Assembly (NCBI GenBank): GCA_040954595.2
Contig: CM082587.2
Coordinates: 12,240,153-12,304,152, forward strand
Length of the DNA stretch: 64,000 nt
Reading direction: 5' to 3'
Source: Balanoglossus misakiensis
Taxonomy: Eukaryota; Animalia; Hemichordata
The translations under genes were made by a program, and so were the position numbers. This document shows, piece by piece, positions 24,703 through 37,817 of this stretch (position 1 is its first letter; each line of letters opens with the position of its first letter). A model generated the notes under the pieces. The model was given only the letters and a program-made list of their open reading frames with translations, searched no databases and was not told where the DNA came from.

Positions 24703-25189
24703 GTCAGTCAGTTTATTTTGTCAAATTAATCAATATGTGTGGGACTGCTATACATGTATATAAAACAGAATACTGCGATGGAAAATTCTATAACTTAATG
24801 TTTCACTGGATATATGACTTAAAGTTAGCAGGATGCAGTGAATTCAACAGAAAGTGTAATTTCCTCTTGTGTGAGCTCTGTGCAACTGTGCCAATGAAAA
24901 TCTCACCACAAACAAAAATGACGGGTATACACTGTATATTAGCAGCTTTGTCTCTGCAATAGCCATAGTGTTTTGAAGTTGAAAACTTGCAAAGTGTGCA
25001 GTTTTATTCACACTACAAAGGAAACATTGTTAAAACGGATTATCTGTGTACATTGTCAAACTGTACACTTGTCGTGAGATTTATTCTCAATTATATTATA
25101 TCATGCTACCGTCCGCAATTCTGATTGGACGAGAGCTAAATCCAGCGATGCTAAAATACTCAATAATGCACTGCTGGCAGTGGTAAAAC

Positions 25190-26389
25190 GGGCTTTCTGT
25201 TTGCCACATGGGTTTGTTCTTTAGGTTGTTGTATGTGTTTACACTCATCATGTTTATTGTAGAACCAGGGTCGATCAGTGAGGCAACTGCTGTTTGTTCT
25301 ATCTGCACTGTTACTCGAGGCCTCCTACCATTTGATTGTTGTAGAGTGAAGCAGTATTCATCTCCCGAGCTGTCTTCCACTTTATGCACAGCTTTGACAG
25401 TTTCATCCTTGTCTACCCTATTTGCCTTGCCTTTTGATCGGTAGCATTTGGCAAAATGGTTAGGTTTGCCACACTTCCTGCATGACTTGCCTTTAGCTGG
25501 ACATACTGAGTCATGTGGATAGGTGCCACCACAATAATAACAAGTGGACGGTCCTTTCGCTGGCTGCTGATGAGCTCTCTTTTGTTTATTGGGTTTCGGG
25601 CGTTGATGGCGCTGTTTTCTGACCGCATTCACAGATGCCGTGTCTGCACCATTATTATGGGGTTTCTCCTCAATCCCACTAGCCTGAACCTCTGATACCT
25701 CAAATGAACGGGCTGTACTCAGTAGATTCTCTAGTGTCGTCTCCTCCCAAAGAGCACGACGTCTGAGACGGGCTGATGTGAATCCTCGTATGATTTGTGA
25801 TTTGACCTCTTGATCCTTATTGGTGAAGTCACATATGTTTCTGCTAGGCGTTGCAAACAAGTGTGATAGGCATCAATCGATTCGCCGTTGTTTTGTATGG
25901 TGTCTCTGAAGATGAATCGTTCGTATTCAATGTTCCGTTTGGGTGAGAAGTACGACGTAAGCTTTAATTTGGCTGTTTCACAGCTCGTTCCTGTATCTGG
26001 TAGAGTATCAAAGAAGTCGGAAACTTCCTCACCTGCCCAGTGCAATAGCAGTGCACGTTGTCGCTTGTCATCTGTAATGTTGAATGCGACAAATGCGTTT
26101 TCTACTCTAACCATGTACTTTTTCCATCTCGTACTGGTGGTTGTCGGGTCTGAATGAACAGGAAAACTCGGCATTGACGGCTAGCTGATTCTCCATGTTC
26201 TCCGTCCTCGTCGCCAAATATAGAATCGTGGGTGGGCAATAATGACAACATGAGACACCAAGTCCGGCATGTAAGAGTGAGAGTGCCTAGCCTCATTCAC
26301 GCACTTTATTCATAATGACCCGAATGTTGCATTACGTCATTTTACAGAATGTATAAAGTATAGATGCTCACTAGTGTTTGGACACTACA
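25190..26389 (-). mobile_element. gag: Gypsy remnant, copy U2
   Basis: Same ORF translations as U1 at offset 15860. Confidence 0.9.
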
Positions 26390-26904
26390 ATATACATGTG
26401 ACTGCAGTGTCTTTCCAATCATGAATTTGCAAGGTGTCCTTCAGAGAAAATCTTCTGATTCTCTTTTCTGATTTGCTTTGCATATTTAACTTAATGATCT
26501 CATTTGTTGGAATTCCCTGTCTCAAATTTTTGATGATCAGTCTCTGCCCCATTGCTCATCGTCCCAACTTTCTGATGATATATGGATGATAGATGGGATC
26601 AAATCTTTGGTCGTGTATTTGCTACAAATGGTAGGTATTGGTTCGTGATTGAGTCTTTGTGTTGTATATTTGGGGGGGCAGTGGTATGAGTTGGATTTAT
26701 GCCAATCTTTAAGTTAAGTGTTATTTGGGTTGCCGTTGAGCATTGATGGCTTGATAAGTGGGGCTAGGGTCAATTTTGATTGGGTTTGGATTGTTTGGGC
26801 TATGATAGGTTGGGTGATGGCTAGGATTTGTGGTGGGTATATGGTGTGGTGTAAGAGATGGAGGCATTATGGGGTCTGGTGAGGTTTTTGTGAAGGAGGC
26901 CATG

Positions 26905-28870
26905 GTGGCTGCAGAATTCAGGGCATGCTGTAGCGGTTGAATGCATGATGATGGTAAACCACGGAGTATTGCATTGCAGTAGTCCAGTTTTGATGTGATT
27001 AGAGCATGAACCAGCATCTGGCAAACTTCCTTAGTGAGGTAACGGCGAATGTGGCTGATTTGACGCAGATGGAAGAAAATTGACTTGCAAATTGCATTAA
27101 TGTGCTTATTGAAAGTGTAATTGTCGTCGAATGTCACACCTATATTCCGTGCAGAATTCACAATTTGAACACAACATGATCCAATGCTCATGTGGTTTAT
27201 GGGACGAGGCGAGCGGTTGAACTGAGACCTTATCAGGAGTACCTCGGGTTTGCCACCATTGAGTTGAAGTTTATTATGTGTCATCCAGGTTTTTATTTCG
27301 TGAACTGCCCTTTCCATCTTGTCTAATGTACTTATGGTGTCTAACTGGAAGAAATATTGGTATAGTTGGTTGTCATCGGCATATTGGTGAAAATTGATGT
27401 TGTGGTGACAAATAGCTGCAGAACAAAAGTGGGCCAAGCACTGAACCGTGTGGTACTCCATATTGTAGATATTGAGGTTCTGACATTGTGCCATACAAAC
27501 TGCTGTCTGTTCTTAAGATATGATGAGAACCATTGTAGTGCGATGTTGGTGATGCCCAGTTTTGATAACCTTGAGATGATTGTGTCGTGATCTATGGTAT
27601 CAAACACAGAGGAGAGATCGAGGAGAACCATGAGTACACATTTACCGGCATCCAGTGCCATACAAATATTGTTGTTGACTTAAGTAAGTGCTGTTTCGGT
27701 ACTGTGATCCTTTCGGTACGCTGACTGCAGTGGTTCTTGTAGTGAGTTGGTAGTCAAATATGATGTCAGTTGTTGTGCTACAATCTTCCCGATTACTTTT
27801 GACAGGAAGGTTAGGTTTGAAACTGGTCTATAGTTCTTGAAAATGTTTTTGTCGAGCGAAGGTTTCTTGAGTATATTGGTGTGATGACTGCTATTTTAAG
27901 TTATTCAGGAACAGTTCCAGTTTTGAGTGACAAATTGATAATTGTGGCTATGATAGTGAGCAGATTACCAAGACATTGCTTATCAAGTGCTGTAGGGATG
28001 AGATCAAGTACACGTGTTTTAGATGGAGACTGACGGGTTGGTTATAAGCTGATATGGCTGAGGAGAGGTCATTTGGAGGCTAGGACATTTGATGTATTTT
28101 GTCGAGATCATGGCTGAAACTATCAATTGAAATGGCAGATATGACGATAAGATATTTGACGTCTACTGTGTGTTGGTTTCGGAAGAGCAAGTTTTGCATT
28201 GACAGGATTGTGATCAGAGAGTTCCAAGCAGTCTACAGAGACACTCTTGATGTTAGACGCAGAGTGAGATAAGATGAGATCAAGAGTATGACCCTTTCTG
28301 TGTGTTGGTTGTTGGACCCATTGTTTCAGATTACAGGCGCTGATGATTCCATTGAATTTCTGTGTTACTGGATTCTTATCATCTTCTAGGTGAATATTGA
28401 AATCTCCTACGATGAAGAGATTACTTGAGCAGGTGACATACTTCTCAAGTGTTGTACTGAACTCTTCCATGAACTGTGGTGCGGTGAATTTATTATTAAC
28501 TGATGGTGGTGGACGGTAGGCAAGAATTATTTTCATGGAAAGTTTCTGGTGAAAAATAGTTGCTTCCGCTGCCTCAAAAGATTTAACAGAGAGAATAGGC
28601 TTCCAAGCTGTTTATTTTAGTGCTAGCTTGTGAATTTAAGCTAAGCCTCCACCGATCTTGCCAACCCCAGGTAGATGTTTGACAGCATAGCCTGGTGGTG
28701 TACATTCAGCCATTACGTGTTCGTCACCAGATTCCTTCAACCATGTTTCAGTGAGTACAAGAATATCAATTTCTTTATCTGTGATGTAGTCTGCAATGTC
28801 TAATGATTTGCATCTAGCTGAGCGGACATTCCATGTAGAGAGTAGAAGTTCACACGTATTGTGGAAAGGG
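26905..28870 (-). mobile_element. LINE remnant, copy U2
   Basis: Matches U1, including the small RT deletion. Confidence 0.93.
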
Positions 28871-29748
28871 TGGATCTTGAATACTGCATAGTCACTCTTC
28901 AATAGATATTTAGTGACTCGCTAACTGTTGCGATTCGTGTGTGTGTAATTTACGTACTTCAAGTTAAATATCGCAACTAGCCGTAATGTTTGACTAGGGG
29001 GAGCACCTATACTAATGCGAGTACCAGGGATTGAAAGTTGCACCTGTATTTTGATCCCTTAGTTACCCTTATAAGTACATTTGTAGTTTAATAACCATAG
29101 TTCTATTGCAAACCATTCTTTCCGTAGTTTCTTGTTTCAAATATTGTAATCTGAATTTATTTTGATGTTTAACAGGTGTGATTATCTGTATTTGCGGCCA
29201 TTTTGAAAAAAAATTGGTTGCCATGGAAACTCTTCAACAGATATTTAGTGACTCGCTATCTGAATTTGTTCAGTACACATTAACACACATCTGAGCCAAG
29301 TTTGGTGCTTTTATCACAAAATACACAATCGATATGAAAATTTGGGTTTTGGTGCTCCACTACCTAAGTAACATTAAGGATGTACGTTCAATAAAATGGA
29401 AAGTATTGTCATTTTTTTTAATTGTGGATTTTTTTATTCTCTTTTGTATGTATAATGAAAATCCGTAATAAAATATAGGGGTCACCGCGCTTGTTTTTGA
29501 AATACAGAGCCATGAAATTGGTCGATAATAGAAGAAATCTGCTGACTCAGCATTTTTCACCAATGGTTTGTTTGTCTATGGCCAAAATTCTTAATGCAAT
29601 TTATCTCAAAAAAGAGCGCGGTGACCCCTGGGAAAAAGACCGGACACGCAGTGTTTCCGGTTTATGTTCTGCACGTACATCCTTGATGAAGTTTGCTGGC
29701 TAGAGGGCTCCTAAACCTCCTTAATATTTGACGTCTTCACTCCTACAG

Positions 29749-32390
29749 GACTGCGCAGCTGGAAGTTAAAGTTCAGCATGTTCTGAAGCATGCACGCTGT
29801 GTCCAGGGGTTTCATGTGTGGAACAGCCAGCCTCTCATCACCAACACAATGCGGACTGGGATATTTTGCCAACAATGGAAGTATAGACTGTACGCCTTGT
29901 CCTGCCCCGGGTATAAGTGCCAATATGATGGTATGTCGGAGCCAGAGGTGTGTGAAGATGGATACTACACTAATATAGATGGTGAGTCAGCACTTAAAGT
30001 TTGGGCATTACTGTGTAATCTTTCACTTAAAGGCACGTAAGCTGTAACTTTTGGGATAATTTTCATAATATTTGTTTAAAACTGCACTACCATTAGTCCA
30101 TGCAGATGAAGGCAGTGAACTATACACAAGCATTATAAACCCTAAATATGAGTGCATATGCAAGTTTTAACCAGATAAATAATAAAGCTTTGCCGCAAGC
30201 GATTATGGCCGCCACCCTGGGAAAATGCAAGAAACAATGAAAATGTTGCATTTCCGGTTGGGAAACTTCTTAAACAAAACATGATCTCATCCACTTGAGC
30301 TCATGGAAGTAAATGTACACCACTGAGACATCAGATTTCCATTGTTCATTGCAATATTGCACTTTTTTTTAAATTGCAGGAATTTTCGTTTTTTCTTTAA
30401 TTTTTGGCCATTGTGTCATAAATAAGTGTTGAGCTTGATATATTATCATGAAATATCATTTAATAGACATAATTAAAAGCATATATGAGATTATTTAAAA
30501 CTTTAATTTTTTTATCCAGTTGCAGCTTACGTGCCTTTAAGGCGGACGATCATCTTATGTGCATGTACGTAATTCTGTGCGTACAAACATTACGTCCAGT
30601 CCAAATATTCTGCCAATTTTACATCCAATGCATTCAAATAGTGGACTGCTTCGCTTTCATCCAGTTTTCATGTGCATCGTATAAGTAGACTTTTGTTTTG
30701 TCCCGTCTTTTCACCAAATTTGCTCTTTTCCAAATCTCCGACACAGACTATGATCGTCACGATCTTGTCTGTTGTTAGAACAGCACACTGCCGTATGGCA
30801 TTGACTGTACACAGTTTCTGTTACCAATATCTCTGGATTGGCATTTTCCTGTCCTCAATCTTTTGCCAGGGATTTTTGTCTCCCCAACCCGCGTGAGAAT
30901 CCCACGTCTTTGAAGGTATGACTGTGACTATAAGATTCTATAAATCTCTGTTTATTTTCAGCACAAACATCATGTGCTGATTGCCCAGCTGGTAACCAAT
31001 GTCCAAATGGTAACACTGTGATTTTATGCTCGGCTGGTTATTACAGTTCGGCCTTGGACAAAGGATGTCTCGCTGTACCTCTTGCATAACAGGTAAACTT
31101 CTACCCACCCACCTTTATTTCCAACATCAAACATTAGGTCAGGTAATTTACTAACTGAAAAATAGGATGGGATCATTTTCTATTTCTGTATTTAAAATTT
31201 ACTGATATAATATATGAATGAAAAAATGACAATTTTTCCAAATTTGAATAGACCTCTATTTATGAAAATAATTAAAATTTGCACCAAATTTTTACAGTGG
31301 TATTCAAAGGTTAACTTGGTGTGTAAATTCTCTGTTTGATTTACAGATCAGCTGGTGCTGAACATTGTACTATTTGTGAGCAAGGGTACGCCTGCATAGA
31401 TCCCAGTGCATCGCAATTCAAGTGTACCAAGGGTTACGTGTCATTGGCTGGTGCAACAAACTGTACCAGATGTACAAATGGTAAGATTGTGGTACTTGTT
31501 CAGTTTGCTGTGTGATGAAACTGAGGGGTATGTGTGTATGCATGTATGTGTTTACAACAGATTTTCAAGTCAGTGCGACTGGGGGTATGTGTGTGTGTGT
31601 ATGTATGTATGTGTTTACAACAGATTATCAACTCAGTGCGAGATCTTGCGAGACCCGGTTAGCCATGTGAGATCTCGCAGAGTCTTATGATATTCAGAAC
31701 ATGGTTGATTAGAAATGACGTTTAATGTCCTCCAAAGAATTTTCTACATGCCTGTATACTTGTCTCAGAATTATGAAGTGAATCATCTCAAGTAATTTGT
31801 TATTTTAAATGACACTGTATCACAAATACATCACTAAAAACCTCATTTTTTTTAATCAGATGAAATAAGTGAGGAGCCTGCACGCACATCCTGTCTTCTG
31901 TGCCCTGCTGGACAATCGTGTTCAGATTCAATGTAAGATCCGCTCGACTGTGGCAATGGTGAATATGCTATGGAAGGCGACGGCACATGCACGCCTCGTC
32001 CAGTGGGATCCAAGTGTCCAACCATGTCACCCGTAGTGGATTGTTCAACAGTTACTGGTAAGTTGGGCTGCAAATCACTCTTGTGACTTCCCTGTGTTAT
32101 AGCATGGCATACACAGAAAATTAAACTGTTATGCTTATTGGAGTTGATATTGTGATGCACTTTGAAAAACACAATGATTCCACTGAAGAGGTATTGTACA
32201 GTAAAACCTGTGATTACGGACATCTCTCTAATAAGGGATCGTTGGACCAAACCATGGTGGTAAAAATCGTTCTTTGAATTTTTTCTGTGATAGGTTCATA
32301 CTCGCTAGGTTCGGCCACGTCCTTCTGGTTATGAATGCACAACTACAAGTGTCACACAGTGCGCTACAGGGCAGTAAAGTGCTGAAGGAG
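29749..32390 (+). pseudogene. CPAG-type Cys-rich pseudo-exons, copy U2
   Basis: Matches U1 at offset 15748. Confidence 0.82.
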
Positions 32391-35300
32391 GTAAGTCTTG
32401 AAATCCCTTTTCTTCTTGTCTCGATTTGAACATGGTTCCACAAGTTGTTTACATCACTTGTAGTTTTACATATTTTTTGAGTTCAACAGCTAGCTATACA
32501 TGGTGTCCTGAGAAGTCAACCAGTATGAGAAGTCGGTCTCGGCCAGTACGAGAAGTCGGCCTGTGGGAGAGAACCCTGGTACTTTGTGTTATATATAACT
32601 GTTTCACTACGAAATGTTTCCTTGATGTACAGGAGCTGAGATATTTGTACAAATAGCCGATGAATTTTAAAACTGTCTGTTCACTTTTCATGTACCTCAC
32701 CGGGGTACGTCAACATCAGTCACCTGCACTTCTTGAGCTTCAAAATCACTTTCGTGGCGCATAATGTCTTGATTGTCTTGGTTCAAGAAACATTATGCGC
32801 GACTGGCCAATTTTACTGCCTTTTGTCAACACACATCCACTATGGAAATTCTCACTCCAGGCCAGATAGTGTAAATTTACATATGAGTCTACAGGTGTGC
32901 TTGAAGTCAAGTCAAGCATTTGCAAGGAACCCTCCTCCAGTACACAGGTCTTTGATTTCATGAAGGGAAGCCCTTGCCTCACAGTCACTGCCATGTGATC
33001 TATGGAGGTGTGAACAACTTGATACCAGCCTAATATAAGTTGTAGGCACAATCACTCCACACACCCTTGCCATAATTCTGCAAGGTTTTTGCCATATCTG
33101 TACTGTAGAATGAGTAGCAAGGAATAAAATGGCGTCCTTTCTTAATTTCCAGTGCAAAACCCCTGTGATCCCAACCCATGTATGAATGGTGGATTTTGCC
33201 AGCAAACATCGTGCAATTTCTATTCATGCCAGTGTGTGAACTCTTACACAGGTGACATCTGTCAAACCATAGACCCTAGAGAAAGAAGGGCGAGCAACTG
33301 CGGCAAAGATCAAAGGGTTTGGGGATTATCTGTATGATGATGTTTTTTTGTATATAATTAACACCCAGGACAGTCGGACAATGACTTCCTTACTTCGGCA
33401 CGTGTCGACCCCACCAGTGATACGAAAACTTGCCACCAAACTGGCACTACTGCATTTCAGCAGCCACTGCGTTTTTTTCTAAAATTCTAAAAGTATTACG
33501 ATGTCTGTGCTAATTATTATGGTTTGGTGTTCGTCTGTCGGTTGAACGGTCATTTCTAGTGCCACAAGCTTCATTTAAAAATTGTAAACAAATCATCCAT
33601 GTTTTTTGCATGTCCGACTGGGCACTCATATTTCTTAGTAACGCTGACACTTTTCGTAATAATTTTATGTTTGCGTGAAGCATTGAAATAAAAATTGTGG
33701 TTTAGGGGCATTTTATTTCGCAGTGCGTGAACAATAAAACAGATTTCACGAAAACAATTTGTAAACAAACTGGGTGGATTATCATGTGTGCGCTATGGCC
33801 GCCAGGCAACCCTCGGTACGGTTAGCTCACAGCCTTGTGAAATACCCGGACTGTTAGACAAAAGATGCTTGTTTTGGACGCTGTCAGACTCAGATTCAAA
33901 TTCCTGTTTAACTTGTCCAGATGTGTTCCATAAATAATCGCTGCGTTCAACCACGTTGCAGTTTTCTCGTCTTCTGCGAGATGTTCTGAGGTGTTGTGAT
34001 AACTTCACACAAAACACGAGACTTTGCGTTAGTTTATACACAGTTTATTTGCAAATTGGATTATTGGGATTTATCTGGAAATAATGTATGCAAAATAACA
34101 TCATTTCAAGAAAAAACTGGAGTTGCGCGTCCTTCTTTCTCTAGGGTCCATGGTCAAACAAGTGAGTATATACTTTCAAGACACCCTGCAAACAAACAAG
34201 CCATCTTCATTCCGTAGATCTTTTAAGCTTATTTATACATTGTAAATTTTGATGTGAAACTTTATTGGTCTTGTTGCCAAACTTCTGAAGAAATGAGGAT
34301 ATTGTTTTGAAGGGTATTTTATCAGTAGGTAACAAATACCATGGCCCTCCATGCAAATACCCACATGGTAAATTAAAACTGTTACAGATGTATTTGATTT
34401 CCACATATTGATTACATGTGGGATAATATTGGTGCTGGCAGTTTCAGTAAATGAACTGCTCTTAAAAGTTGGGCGTCAGGGCACCCTTGATTTTGCCTGT
34501 TCCAAGCTAGAATAGTCTGTCCATATGAATATTTGTTCAGCAAGTTACAAGCAATCTTTTAAGTTTGGAATGAAAAAATAGTGAAATGACTTGTGATGTT
34601 AATATGCAATTGTTGGTTGATTTACATGCAACCCCCAGGACTCGATCAATGTTCTCCCAATCCGTGCATGAACAACGGTATCTGTGAGCCAATCAGTGGA
34701 TCGTGCAGTGCGTTTACCTGTCGCTGTCAAGGCTGTATCATTGGAATCACCTGTGACCAAGGTAAATTTATCAGACGAGGAACTGTTTTTCCCCCTCATA
34801 CCGGTATATTTGTCATAGCTGGCAGCTATGAAATTACCTGTATATTTAGGATGTGACAAACCAAATAGGCACTTTCAGGAATTGAGTCTTTTTTGCAATT
34901 ACTAAGTCCTAAACTCCCAAAAGTATAATAAGTAATTCTTATTGTTCAGTTATACATTAAGGAGGCTTAGTTATAGGAGAACCCGATAGAACCACAGCTG
35001 TAGGAATTAAGGAAATGGTCATACCCTAAAAACTTATGTCACTACTATTTATTTATTTTCATTCCATTGAAACAGAACAAACTCCATGTAGGCCAAGTCC
35101 ATGCCTGAACAATGGGCAGTGTACTCGGCTGTCGTGTACAACTTATGAGTGTACTTGTCCAGGATGTTTCACCGGCACACACTGCAGCCAGTGTAAAACT
35201 CATTAAAACAAACATTTTGTCATGCAGGAACTAACATTTACAATCATGTCTCAATACATTGTCTGTTGGTCATACTTTATATTTTCATCTTCAGCATCAC

Positions 35301-36000
35301 ACCTTGGGCCTTGGGAATCGTTCACCTCAAAAATGATGTACAACTGAAAGAAAACATGTTTATTTGAAGAAAAAAATGTTGATCGTTCATGAAAATTTTC
35401 CCTACACAAGATACATATACAGAGATTTTCATAGCCCCACAAGTGCGTCCCAGAATGAGCAAGTTGTTTTTGGAAGTGAAGTTCCGTTCAGTATTTACAG
35501 TAATGGTAATGATGATGTTTTTATCAAACAGATTTTGAAAGTAAATATTGCTGAGATAACATTAGGTTGCACTTTTTATTGCAGTCCAAGATCCATGCCA
35601 GCGAAACAGCTGTCTCAACGGGGCTGTATGTAATGCAGTGGCCAACTCCTGCACGGCATATACCTGTGCCTGTACTGGTTGCTATGAGGGTAACCGTTGT
35701 GAAATATGTAAGTTTCTGACGTACCGTAAATGACAATCTTTTGGGCACTTTCTCTTCATGGCAATTGAATTGTGTGGTAACTTCTCATTTCTAAAATTTC
35801 CACAAGAGAAAAGAAAACAGAAATTTCATTTGTATGTCCGTGCAATTTAGGATAGGCACGAACTTGTGAGGAAGTGTACGAAGCTGGATGTTTTCATCAC
35901 TCAAATATACAAGAGTTGCCTCTTGAAGACTAGTGTCTGTAGAGATAATTGTGCATATGAGGTAATCTCTCCTAAGGTGGTGCACACATCTGAGTATTAA

Positions 36001-37817
36001 AGTGAACCGACACCTTCCTTGTAGAGAGATTCTAATAAAATCTTTGTGAAAAACATGAGTGATTTGCGTCGTTTTTATTCACTTTCACTTATCGCGCAGC
36101 AGCGTAGCGTCGATCTCGATATGCAGTGTGACGTCACCAACTACGCACCAGTAGCAGACGCCACCGTGCGCACGCTAACGTACACAGACAGTTGACATGG
36201 CTGGCTGCCTCGCAAGTGGGAGCAAAAACAGAGTTGGCAAAAACACGGCGAAAGGTTTTATAAGAGTTCCCGACCCTTCGGTGGACAGTCAAAATGCAAA
36301 TCGACCTGAAAAATGGGTGTCAAACATTGGCATATTATTTCGGTGCTTATTGCTGAGACAGATGATACTTTTGCTTCGGAAATGTTCGTGTTCAACTAGG
36401 CCCTATATCGTGAAGCATATTGCAAAAAAAAAAAAAAAAACTACACAGCAAAAATTGTCGAAACAGCCGGGGCTCCTGATTTCCTTTGATCACCATATGA
36501 CGAAACCGAATTTTTGGCACTGTAAATCAAAACTCTGATCGGAAGAAAGTAGTGTGGCGGAAATAGGCCTACTAGTAAACACTGTTTTTGTCGCGTACCC
36601 AAGCTGTGAATGCATCGCAAAACCATTTCCAAAGACAAAAACGACCACCTCTACCATCTGGAAGCACCACAGATGTACTCGAAACATGACAATCGGAGTT
36701 TTTGCCTCCCTTTGATCAACAAAGCCGCATCTTTTCACAGCTGTTGATCAACGTAAAGGATGGTAGACACGTGTGGTAGACATTTTCGCGAGAGTGACAA
36801 TAGGCTTACTTTCTATTCTTTTGGGAAATCACGAGGGTCCCTATTATGACATGGGTGACTAAATGTCAAAAATTATCGCATGGCTTCGTGATATGTCATT
36901 CAAGTCTTTATCTAACTGCCTTGTCAAGACATCTATTTCATGGCAGCACCGGCATTCCTTGACAGTAGAAATAACTTCGCATTTACCGCAGCGCAGCTAC
37001 ACCATGAGCATGAGCGTGATGAAAGACGAAGCCGATCACTCTTCTCGATCGTCTTTGCTGTCTACACTTGCCTCTGTACTATTGGAATCAGTTTCACTTG
37101 AGTCGCCTACCATCTCATCGCTGCTGTATTCGGGTTCGTACAAAAATCCGACGATATCTTCGTTTGAAAACTCCATATCGCGTCTTTGGAAATGGTTTTG
37201 CGATGCATTCACAGCTTGGGTACGCGACAAAAACAGTGTTCACTAGTAGGCCTATTTCCGCCACACTACTTTCTTCCGATCAGAGTTTTGATTTACAGTG
37301 CCAAAAATTCGGTTTCGTCATATGGTGATCAAAGGAAATCAGGAGCCCCGGCTGTTTCGACAATTTTTGCTGTGTAGTTTTTTTTTTTTTTTTTGCAATA
37401 TGCTTCACGATATAGGGCCTAGTTGAACACGAACATTTCCGAAGCAAAAGTATCATCTGTCTCAGCAATAAGCACCGAAATAATATGCCAATGTTTGACA
37501 CCCATTTTTCAGGTCGATTTGCATTTTGACTGTCCACCGAAGGGTCGGGAACTCTTATAAAACCTTTCACCGTGTTTTTGCCAACTCTGTTTTTGCTCCC
37601 ACTTGCGAGGGAGCCAGCCATGTCAACTGTCTGTGTACGTTAGCGTGCGCACGGTGGCGTCTGCTACTGGTGCGTAGTTGGTGACGTCACACTGCATATC
37701 GAGATCGACGCTACGCTGCTGTGCGATAAGTGAAAGTGAATAAAAACGACGCAAATCACTCATGTTTTTCACAAAGATTTTATTAGAATCTCTCTACAAG
37801 GAAGGTGTCGGTTCACT
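36001..37817. mobile_element. Non-autonomous Kolobok-type foldback DNA transposon with 636-bp inverted arms and TTAA TSD
   Basis: The empty site gagtaTTAAgtaaaa is seen at 4389 and 20249. Here TTAA is duplicated at 35997-36000 and 37818-37821. Termini are AG...CT (RR..YY fits Kolobok; piggyBac has YY..RR). Arms 36001-36636 and 37182-37817 are reverse complements with about 4 mismatches seen by eye. Confidence 0.92.
36862..37176 (-). pseudogene. Remnant KolX / P2X7-ballast (nanor)-like Zn-binding ORF inside the foldback element
   Basis: MEFSNEDIVGFLYEPEYSSDE and an acidic tract end at a stop. Downstream, WCSC(5-bp duplication gctgc)GKCEVISTVKECRCCHEI at 37004-36934 matches the WCxCGxC...ExxCCxE motif. 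Translated by hand. Confidence 0.75.

Larger units (their letters stand above)
16763..32510. repeat. Tandem unit U2 (15748 bp)
   Basis: Near-identical to U1. It lacks U1 230-1323 and 112 bp near 29629, and retains ~151 bp and 44 bp that are missing from U1. Confidence 0.98.

Noticed and set aside
36197-36538. 113-aa ORF mirrored at 37280-37621
   Set aside because: The mirror copy is just the inverted arm. The ORF has no recognisable motif and includes a poly-A-derived Lys run.
36001-37817. piggyBac assignment from the TTAA TSD
   Set aside because: The termini are AG..CT rather than CC..GG, and the internal remnant is KolX-like.
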